A DNA stretch of 64,000 nt, taken from IMG/VR virus record IMGVR_UViG_3300021511_000006, positions 1 through 64,000 of that record. The stretch is one strand, 5' to 3'. The first letter of the stretch is position 1, and each line of letters starts with the position of its first letter. A program made the position numbers and the translations under genes. Below, in pieces: positions 40,083-47,424 of the stretch. This stretch comes from a virus. Lineage: Duplodnaviria; Caudoviricetes. The notes under the pieces were generated by a model. That model was not told where the DNA came from. It ran no database searches and saw only the letters and a program-made list of their open reading frames with translations.

Positions 40083-40096
40083 CTATATATATTAAT
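40083..40096 (+). promoter_or_regulatory. Motif E (CTATATATATTAAT)
   Basis: Third exact copy, back-to-back with motif L. Confidence 0.5.
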
Positions 40097-40248
40097 TAAT
40101 GAATAAGAACTTGAGAATTTTTTAAAAATCATAAAAAAAGGAGTCTGAAATGAAGAAGAGCGGTTTAGGGTTATGTGAAAGTCTCGATATACTTATTTTT
40201 TATTTTTCTTACTGACGTGGTATTAATTAGGGTGGGGGGGGTTTCCCC

Positions 40249-41526
40249 TTAATTCTTTTTATTTGTTCTAACTAAATTTATTGTCGCTGTAGTTTCCCAA
40301 TTACCTGACTTTGAAAAATTTATAGCAGAACTCCAAAGAATATACTTCCCTTCAAAATCTGCATATTCTATAGTCTTTGGTTTAAACTTTACACATTCAC
40401 CAACATTAATTAAATTTAAAACTGGTAAGTTTCTTTCTATATTAATTGAGATAGTTGATAAGTCAGCAATCGTTCTAGAAAATCTAGAATTAAATATTAC
40501 TGGTTCAGTATTAAAACCAGTATCTTCATTATAATATCTTGTTCTATATACGGCAGGATCTATATATAATGGACTTGAAATTGATTTTGATTGGTAATGT
40601 AATGAATACGATTCTGCTACAGTTTCTAACTCCTGATTAATTGTTGCGCTTATTGTATTGTTCGGTCTTACAAGATGTTTTAATGAAGTTGCCAGCTTTG
40701 CAAATTTTGCGTTACCGGAATAATCTGTTTGTATTGTATCATAAGTATAAAAGACTTCTCCGGTTGCTGATTCATCTATAATACGATCCATTTCTTTTTT
40801 GTCTTTCATACTTGCCATTTCATAAACTGTGAACGTCTGAGCTTTTTTCAACTTTGCAGTTAGATTTTTAATATAAACAGTACTATCATATTGACAGAAA
40901 ACACCAGGTACTCCATCAAATAGCCCAAATCTTTGATCTAAAAAACCATCAAATACATCTGGATCATTTCTTGTATGCTCTTTAACGATTTTATAGAAAG
41001 TTGTTGGAGGAATACATACTTGATCAATTGCAAGTTTATTTTGACCATTTATATCATATTCTAATGTTGCTCCCACATCAGATGCTAAACTTGATATTAT
41101 TGAAGATAGATTAGTACCGATAAATACTTTATTAACAAGAGAGTTCATAATGATATATGCTTTTCTTGCTACAGTTGTTACAGTTAATGTTGTTCTATCT
41201 TTTTGAGTCATTTTAGACATTTCATCTTTCTGTGTAAGTTGAAAACCAGAAGATACATATAATAATTCAATATCAATTCTAGGACCAGGATAACTTTGTT
41301 CTCTAAGTAATGTTATACTTAACTTAATTGGTTCCCCACCAAAGATATCTTCTACTATTACATCATTGGGGTCGATCTGCATTGTTAAGGTTACAACCTG
41401 ATATGCAGTTGAAAGAGACGAACCAAATACTATATTTGTCATATCATTTGTATAATCTAAATCTTTTATTTTAACTTGGAGATCATATGATTCGCTTGGA
41501 GTAAATACTCTTTTTTCTTCTGGCAT
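40249..41526 (-). CDS. Baseplate hub-like protein (T4 gp27 / late control D-like)
   Basis: Start MPEEKR after an AGGAG Shine-Dalgarno and a motif L variant (41542-41557); C-terminal VGECVKF...GKYIL...TINLVR pattern. Confidence 0.5.
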   Translation of the reverse strand: MPEEKRVFTPSESYDLQVKIKDLDYTNDMTNIVFGSSLSTAYQVVTLTMQIDPNDVIVEDIFGGEPIKLSITLLREQSYPGPRIDIELLYVSSGFQLTQKDEMSKMTQKDRTTLTVTTVARKAYIIMNSLVNKVFIGTNLSSIISSLASDVGATLEYDINGQNKLAIDQVCIPPTTFYKIVKEHTRNDPDVFDGFLDQRFGLFDGVPGVFCQYDSTVYIKNLTAKLKKAQTFTVYEMASMKDKKEMDRIIDESATGEVFYTYDTIQTDYSGNAKFAKLATSLKHLVRPNNTISATINQELETVAESYSLHYQSKSISSPLYIDPAVYRTRYYNEDTGFNTEPVIFNSRFSRTIADLSTISINIERNLPVLNLINVGECVKFKPKTIEYADFEGKYILWSSAINFSKSGNWETTATINLVRTNKKN

Positions 41527-41570
41527 ATTAAATCGAACTCCTTTTATTTTTTGTTCCAAAAAAAATCTAT

Positions 41571-41703
41571 AAAAAGTGAAGGATGAGAGGTATGGTCTCC
41601 AAACTGGTACCAACCCAGTTCATACCTCCCACCCGACACCCCTTCACTAACTCTCCGGTATGGTCTAAGTACCGGATACAACAAGGAGGACCCGCTATGG
41701 GTC
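41571..41703 (-). ncRNA. Structured intergenic element B (three hairpins, the last a nested long stem with U-tract)
   Basis: GTGAAGG/CCTTCAC, GAGGTATG/CATACCTC and AACTGG/CCAGTT nested stems; CCGGTA/TACCGG; GACCC/GGGTC. Confidence 0.4.
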
Positions 41704-42614
41704 TATGATGATTGAAGTCTATCTAAGACTTCATACATCCGTGGTGGAATTACAAGTACGCTTTCCGCAGCATTCTCCAATAACCTTTTGATATTCAGGT
41801 TAGGTTCAAAACTACTGTAGCATACAATTGCAAGAAATATCTGCCAAGCTGATGGAAGTCCTGACTCGGGAGATATATTATCAAGAAGAGCTGAAATTCC
41901 CTCTCTTCTTTTTTTGCCGTAACCTTCAATAACATCTAATAAGGTCAGCATTTCGTCCTCTGTTACTCTACTCTCAAAACTTTGAGTAATCATATCAAGG
42001 ATACTATCTGTAAAGACCTGCATATATGAATTTACGGCAGAAGTTACACTGGTCATTGAACTCTCAATATGCACTTGTCTTAATTCTCCCAAAGTAAATG
42101 CAAATGTGATTTTACTGTGATCATAATCCATAGTGATACCAAATGCAATAGTTGCTGCTCTAGTACCGTTATAGCTATTATTGACAATCATCACTGGTAA
42201 TACATCACCAGCATTTGGGACATTTTGAGAACTTTGGATGATAATTTCATTTCTCATCCTTGTGAGAAGATCATCTAGAATTGTATTCTCTTCTAATATT
42301 GGCATGCCAACAGATAAGATTGCTTCTCGAATCTTTTGATTTAAAACATCGTTGCCAATAAACTTGTACATGTCAGAGACACATCCAGCATATTTATAAT
42401 CTATCCACTCTGGTTTTTTGGTAAATATACCTAGTTTAGGAACTGCTAAACCGTCTGTTTCATGTAGACTAGGAGTAGCTATGTTTGTAAATTTTGTAGC
42501 AAGCTGACGATATATAACTTCACCATATAAATCGTTGTAAGAGTACATACCTTTTTCTTCAGCGTGTGTTATATCGAGGCCCATTTGTTCTGCTCGTTCA
42601 TGAAACGGTGTCAC
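41703..42614 (-). CDS. DUF932-like protein
   Basis: VSDMYKFIGN...MIVNNSYNGT resembles the DUF932 NSHDGS motif; GTG start with GGGGGTG Shine-Dalgarno. Confidence 0.6.
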   Translation of the reverse strand: MTPFHERAEQMGLDITHAEEKGMYSYNDLYGEVIYRQLATKFTNIATPSLHETDGLAVPKLGIFTKKPEWIDYKYAGCVSDMYKFIGNDVLNQKIREAILSVGMPILEENTILDDLLTRMRNEIIIQSSQNVPNAGDVLPVMIVNNSYNGTRAATIAFGITMDYDHSKITFAFTLGELRQVHIESSMTSVTSAVNSYMQVFTDSILDMITQSFESRVTEDEMLTLLDVIEGYGKKRREGISALLDNISPESGLPSAWQIFLAIVCYSSFEPNLNIKRLLENAAESVLVIPPRMYEVLDRLQSS

Positions 42615-42618
42615 CTAA

Positions 42619-42909
42619 TCACCCCTTTTTGATTATTTTAGTCATTGCTTTTATCAACTTTCTTTTCATACCTTCTTGAAACATTACCATTCTACCATCA
42701 AATACCTGTTCAGCTAATATATGACTTAATATATCAACAAGACATTCTGTATTAACATTTCCTGATGGACCATAACGATTTTTTGCAATATGTACTCCGT
42801 CTATATGATCAACATATAAAATTAAATTGGCACTGTGAGTACGTTCTGATATAGTTGGATGTTTTATCTTATATGGATTTGTTGTGCAATCGGAATTTAA
42901 CCCATTCAT
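42619..42909 (-). CDS. Small protein with a DnaB/SF4-helicase C-terminal-like motif
   Basis: ANLILYV...IAKNRYGPSG. Confidence 0.45.
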   Translation of the reverse strand: MNGLNSDCTTNPYKIKHPTISERTHSANLILYVDHIDGVHIAKNRYGPSGNVNTECLVDILSHILAEQVFDGRMVMFQEGMKRKLIKAMTKIIKKG

Positions 42910-43508
42910 ATTCTTTCAGCCAAAAATCTTAAATATATATCTCGACCATCGAAATCATAAGAAGATATACAATTCTTCACTATAAATCTTTCTTCTAAGC
43001 CAAAGAAATACTCTGCTCGAGAGGATGTCCATATGGATGCATGTGGACATCCTGGTTCATTTAGAAGCTCAGTTGTTAGTATTATATTATGTGCTTCAAA
43101 GTTTCCGCCAGCTGGATCCAATGGATCTTCTTTTAAAATCATACTTGCTAATATTTCGTAATCAGGAACAACAATATCTACAAGACCTTCTTTTTTAACA
43201 ACAGTTGACATAAGATATATAAAATATAGAACTCTATCCATAGGAATATGTTCAAGAAATCTATATGCACAAACCCGATCAAACACTATCTGTGTCCTTT
43301 CCATAAATGTAAATGCATCTTCTTTACAAAAATATTCCATATCTATTGTACTGCCATTTTTTCTCCAAAGAGAAACTATATCTTCAAGATCTTCTGGTTC
43401 CCAAGCTGAATAATAGGATGTATCTAAATTAATTAAAAGATGCGGTCCTTTATCCTGACCAAGCAGTATTGGTTGAATTTTTCCTGCGCCTAAATTTAAT
43501 ATTATCAT
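42906..43508 (-). CDS. Class I SAM-dependent methyltransferase
   Basis: LNLGAG motif I; FLEHIP; GLVDIVVPD. Confidence 0.8.
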   Translation of the reverse strand: MIILNLGAGKIQPILLGQDKGPHLLINLDTSYYSAWEPEDLEDIVSLWRKNGSTIDMEYFCKEDAFTFMERTQIVFDRVCAYRFLEHIPMDRVLYFIYLMSTVVKKEGLVDIVVPDYEILASMILKEDPLDPAGGNFEAHNIILTTELLNEPGCPHASIWTSSRAEYFFGLEERFIVKNCISSYDFDGRDIYLRFLAERI

Positions 43509-43511
43509 TTT

Positions 43512-44243
43512 TTACCTCACAAATTCTGTTACGATACTTTTAGTAAACGGTTGAATATAAAACTTAAAGTATCTATCTTTATCAATATCATCTGTATCCA
43601 TAATTTTTAATGTTTGTGGAGAAATCTCCATTTCACCATAAGCTTTTAAGAAGACATTGACTTTTCCGTTTTTTAATGGAACTCCAAACAAGTTTGGATT
43701 GTTTGAGTTTATAAATTTATCTTTTATTTTTTGTAGATTCCGAAAGATGGAATCTTTATTTGCGTAATTGATTCTACAAATTTGCTCGTAGATTTTATCA
43801 ATTGCATTATATCTAAATGCAACACCTTTTATAGATGTGTTAAGTTCACTATCAAATGCAATATATTTTTTTCGGTCAATAGATGAAATGAATATTTGAA
43901 AATGTTTTCTTATGTTTAATGGAACATGATGGATATTAGTTTCTGCTAAAGTTTTAGTTATTATAATACCATCATATTGTCTAAGAATAATATCATCATC
44001 TGTGATATTATTACGTAAGATATATTCATCAATTATTGATCTGGTTGTAGTACGTAATATTGATGTTAATTTGGGATTCTTTCTCATCATTTTGCCTATC
44101 TGAATATTTCTTTCTAATTTATTATTTCGATCAACTCCAGATAGATCCATTCCAAGTTTTGTCATTATTGTATAATGACATGCTTCAATATCGTAAAGAT
44201 AAACATCTCTTAAAATTAGCTTTACATTTTTGTTAATATTCAT
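43512..44243 (-). CDS. Possible divergent DNA polymerase palm-like protein
   Basis: YDIEACHYTI and RQYDGII resemble polymerase motifs A and C. Confidence 0.4.
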   Translation of the reverse strand: MNINKNVKLILRDVYLYDIEACHYTIMTKLGMDLSGVDRNNKLERNIQIGKMMRKNPKLTSILRTTTRSIIDEYILRNNITDDDIILRQYDGIIITKTLAETNIHHVPLNIRKHFQIFISSIDRKKYIAFDSELNTSIKGVAFRYNAIDKIYEQICRINYANKDSIFRNLQKIKDKFINSNNPNLFGVPLKNGKVNVFLKAYGEMEISPQTLKIMDTDDIDKDRYFKFYIQPFTKSIVTEFVR

Positions 44244-44252
44244 AATAAGTAA

Positions 44253-44318
44253 TGGGCGGGGTGGTCGCCTTTTGACTTTTAAGTATTACTGTCAATCCAC
44301 GGCTCACAGTCCCGCCCA
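44253..44318 (-). ncRNA. Structured intergenic element C
   Basis: TGGGCGGG/CCCGCCCA outer stem with GTGG/CCAC and TTGAC/GTCAA inner stems. Confidence 0.35.
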
Positions 44319-44324
44319 ACTTCC

Positions 44325-45068
44325 TTATGTTAAAATGTCAATGAGAGCACCATCAATTTGAAGATGATGGTTAATATCTGTGACTTCTTCTTGTCTCTCA
44401 AGCAACCAGTTTACAACATCCTGATTAGTTGTAAATCCATCAATTGCTTTTGCGCTTTGTTTGTATAGAAGTTGTAATGCTTCTAAATCAGCATTGACTA
44501 ATAGTTTTGCTGATATTTCAGTGACATTACTTGTAGTTACTTCGAGTTCAGTATCTTTCTTTTTAACTCTGGCCGTAGCATACGGAATCATCTTTCCATC
44601 AATGTTATTACAGAAAACAGCAATGAGTCCTGTTTTTACCCCATAACATTTAATGAAGATATTATTCTCATATTCATAGACTATTCTGAACCCGTTGTTA
44701 TATACATCCATCAATGTAGCAGGAAGGTTCAGAACTGGATGTACGTCAGCGTTTTCAAATACTCTTAGATTCCTCTTATCATTGCCTTCGGAATCCGGTT
44801 CAATATTTGAATCTTTGACTGCCATAATTAAGGTTTTCGCCGGATCGACTCCTCTGATGGCAACTTTAACTTGATTGATGTTATCAAACTGGTCACAATT
44901 TTGTTCAAACCAGTCAGACAGAGATATAATACTGATTGTATTGTCTTGTACTTCTTCACTTATTGCTTCTACTTCTTCGGCGGGTAAATCTAAATCTGCC
45001 TCCGAAAATGCAACTGCTTCATCTATAGCAGGTCCATCTTTTACCATTTGAGATAAATTCTCGTTCAT
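44325..45068 (-). CDS. Acidic hypothetical protein
   Basis: 247 aa; AAGGAG Shine-Dalgarno. Confidence 0.7.
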   Translation of the reverse strand: MNENLSQMVKDGPAIDEAVAFSEADLDLPAEEVEAISEEVQDNTISIISLSDWFEQNCDQFDNINQVKVAIRGVDPAKTLIMAVKDSNIEPDSEGNDKRNLRVFENADVHPVLNLPATLMDVYNNGFRIVYEYENNIFIKCYGVKTGLIAVFCNNIDGKMIPYATARVKKKDTELEVTTSNVTEISAKLLVNADLEALQLLYKQSAKAIDGFTTNQDVVNWLLERQEEVTDINHHLQIDGALIDILT

Positions 45069-45091
45069 ATTGATTAAGTCTCCTTAAAATA

Positions 45092-45448
45092 TTAGTCTTT
45101 CCACTTCTTTGAATCCTCTTTGGGATTCTCTCTCCATTTTTCGGCATTAATTTTAGTATATGTTTCGAGTGCAGCTCCTGCGAGAGCTAGGATTTTTATA
45201 ACCTCTTCGTATGCCTTTACTGGTGCTACTCCATGATTATCAAATTCTACACATGAATCTAACCATGGTGGTAATTCTTTTTCCCATTTTCCTGCGTATG
45301 CTTCTATAGCTTTATCTGCATATCTTTTTAGAAATAGGAGGAAACTAGGAAAGCTTAAAGATTTGTCATCTGAATATTCTCCAAAGGCTTCGACTTCATA
45401 ATCTCGTTCTTTGAAGTAAAGATTTATTACATCGAACTCTTTATTCAT
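45092..45448 (-). CDS. Possible MazG-like (all-alpha NTP pyrophosphatase) protein
   Basis: KERDYE...YEEVIKILALAGAALE helical pattern. Confidence 0.45.
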   Translation of the reverse strand: MNKEFDVINLYFKERDYEVEAFGEYSDDKSLSFPSFLLFLKRYADKAIEAYAGKWEKELPPWLDSCVEFDNHGVAPVKAYEEVIKILALAGAALETYTKINAEKWRENPKEDSKKWKD

Positions 45449-46074
45449 ATGTTTGTCTCCAGTATTTGTTTTGTTTTCTTAAGAAACATGTCTCGAGATT
45501 CTTCTGAATCTCCATACTTAGTTAATAGTTTTGCGATAAACTCTGATAAATTAAAATCAAATAAAAACCACGTCTTATCAATAACTTTAAATGGTTTTTT
45601 CATTTTAACGTAAATATTCCCATCTCTGTGTAAATGTGGAAAAGTTGATGTTTTCCTATATGGTTTAGTAACATAATATTTTCTTGTTTTACAGGGTTTA
45701 GATCCTGTAAGAAACATGAGTATTTTACCATAGTCTATATATGTTTGTCGTTTATATTTAATCCATCTATAGCGATTAACAATCACAGCGTATTGGTTAT
45801 CAGCGTATTTTGCTATAATTGGATTACGTCTCCAAAACTTTTTCTTATCAACTCTACTAGTTGGAAACCAATCTCTCCAATCTCCAAAATCTCGCTCATA
45901 ATATCCAGAACCAAATCTGACTATATCTCCTTTTCTAATAGATAGTCTTTCAGAATCTTCTACTGTTTCATATCTTGTAGGATATTCTTGTCCAGTAAGG
46001 TGGAATCGAAAACGTCCACAAGAAGGACTATAAACATTATATGAGTTAAAACTCTCATGTTTCCAAGCTTCCAT
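45445..46074 (-). CDS. Basic hypothetical protein
   Basis: 209 aa; coupled to folE2 by TAATG. Confidence 0.6.
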   Translation of the reverse strand: MEAWKHESFNSYNVYSPSCGRFRFHLTGQEYPTRYETVEDSERLSIRKGDIVRFGSGYYERDFGDWRDWFPTSRVDKKKFWRRNPIIAKYADNQYAVIVNRYRWIKYKRQTYIDYGKILMFLTGSKPCKTRKYYVTKPYRKTSTFPHLHRDGNIYVKMKKPFKVIDKTWFLFDFNLSEFIAKLLTKYGDSEESRDMFLKKTKQILETNI

Positions 46075-46961
46075 TATAAGTAACGTTTCCCATCAAATCC
46101 TCCTGGGATTCCTTTCCAGTTGACTGCAATGGCTTCAGAAGTATGTATTGATTCTTCATGGCTACACTTAATAATCCAATCACGAATTCCGTCAATGTTA
46201 GTTAATGATTGAGATATAGCTCTTATCGCATCTTCAACAAACATAGGATTCTCACCTGCGACTCGAGCAATCTCCTGTTCATCAACTCTCTTAATAATTG
46301 GATATGGTTGCGTTGGTATTACGTTTTCAACGGCTTCAATAATATCCTCCAACCAAACATATTTATCAGTATAAGGATTAGCTTCAACCATTATATGAGC
46401 AAATGATCTTTGATTATGAGGGAATCCTTTTGTATCAAGAACACTACATAATTCAGCAGAGCATGGACAATATGAAGCATATTGAATTGTTGCTCCTTGA
46501 AAGAATCTGTAAACCAATCCAGGTTTTTTTGGTCCGGTTGGTTGTGTTACTTGAACCTCATATACCTGTCCTTCAAATCTACATTTATAATAGATAGGAA
46601 ATTGATTATCAGATATAATTGATTTTTTAATAATTGGCATTCTAAAATCGAATGTCATATACGCTCCGGCACCTCCAACATTTTCAAGCATTTTTTGTAA
46701 AATTTCTTTAATCAATGCGCTTTTTAATGGTAGATCTAAATATGGTTTTAATGTAAGTAGGAGTCTAGACATTGAGATGCCTTTAGTATCAGCATCAAGA
46801 CTAGTTCTTATAGCAACGTTTGCAATCATTTGATGAAATCCACCATACTTAGATTCAAGTTTAAATGGAACTTCAACATTTTCGACTCCTACTTGCATAA
46901 TAGGAATTTTGATATTTGGTTCTGTACATTGAATATCAGGTAAACATTTTTTATCTATCAT
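46074..46961 (-). CDS. folE2: GTP cyclohydrolase IB (FolE2)
   Basis: LPDIQ, QVGV, KGISMSRL, SYCPCS, HNQRS, NPMFVED and ESIH motifs. Confidence 0.92.
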   Translation of the reverse strand: MIDKKCLPDIQCTEPNIKIPIMQVGVENVEVPFKLESKYGGFHQMIANVAIRTSLDADTKGISMSRLLLTLKPYLDLPLKSALIKEILQKMLENVGGAGAYMTFDFRMPIIKKSIISDNQFPIYYKCRFEGQVYEVQVTQPTGPKKPGLVYRFFQGATIQYASYCPCSAELCSVLDTKGFPHNQRSFAHIMVEANPYTDKYVWLEDIIEAVENVIPTQPYPIIKRVDEQEIARVAGENPMFVEDAIRAISQSLTNIDGIRDWIIKCSHEESIHTSEAIAVNWKGIPGGFDGKRYL

Positions 46962-46973
46962 AAATTTTTTCTC

Positions 46974-47243
46974 CTATAAAGTTGGGAGCACAGTTTTATT
47001 AAAAATTATTTCAACTTCATCTTGCCACTGCTGGAAATCAGATGGGGTAACTTTAGAATCTGGCTGTGGTTCAATATTGTGCTCTATATCGTCCATGCAA
47101 TGGAATATTAGATCTGAAGGATACCCAAAAGGATCATGATCAGCACTTTCAAGAAAATTCTCTTCAATAGTAAATGACCGGTCCGGAACTTTTCGAGTGA
47201 TCATAATTTCGGCACCACATATTGGACAATACATTTTTTTCAT
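46974..47243 (-). CDS. Small zinc-binding hypothetical protein
   Basis: CPICG N-terminus; FHCMDDIEH. Confidence 0.65.
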   Translation of the reverse strand: MKKMYCPICGAEIMITRKVPDRSFTIEENFLESADHDPFGYPSDLIFHCMDDIEHNIEPQPDSKVTPSDFQQWQDEVEIIFNKTVLPTL

Positions 47244-47422
47244 ATATCTAAATCCTTTGGATTAAATATTGGTAAATGTTTTTCTTTATCTTCTTCTTGT
47301 TCTTTAGCTATTTTTTTAAGTTCTGCTTTTATTTTTTCTTTATCTTCTTCAATCTTTAAATTTTCCCAAACAACTTTATAATTTCCAGTAGTAGCAGTAG
47401 CAGTATAATAACCATTTTCCAT
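47240..47422 (-). CDS. Small hypothetical protein
   Basis: 60 aa; coupled to the RNAP beta stop; AGGAG Shine-Dalgarno. Confidence 0.5.
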   Translation of the reverse strand: MENGYYTATATTGNYKVVWENLKIEEDKEKIKAELKKIAKEQEEDKEKHLPIFNPKDLDI

Positions 47423-47424
47423 TG

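Noticed and set aside
40259-40270. Motif L-like TAGAACAAATAAAAA at the 3' end of the hub-like gene
   Set aside because: It coincides with coding sequence (VRTNKKN) and a better copy sits directly upstream of terL; probably coincidental
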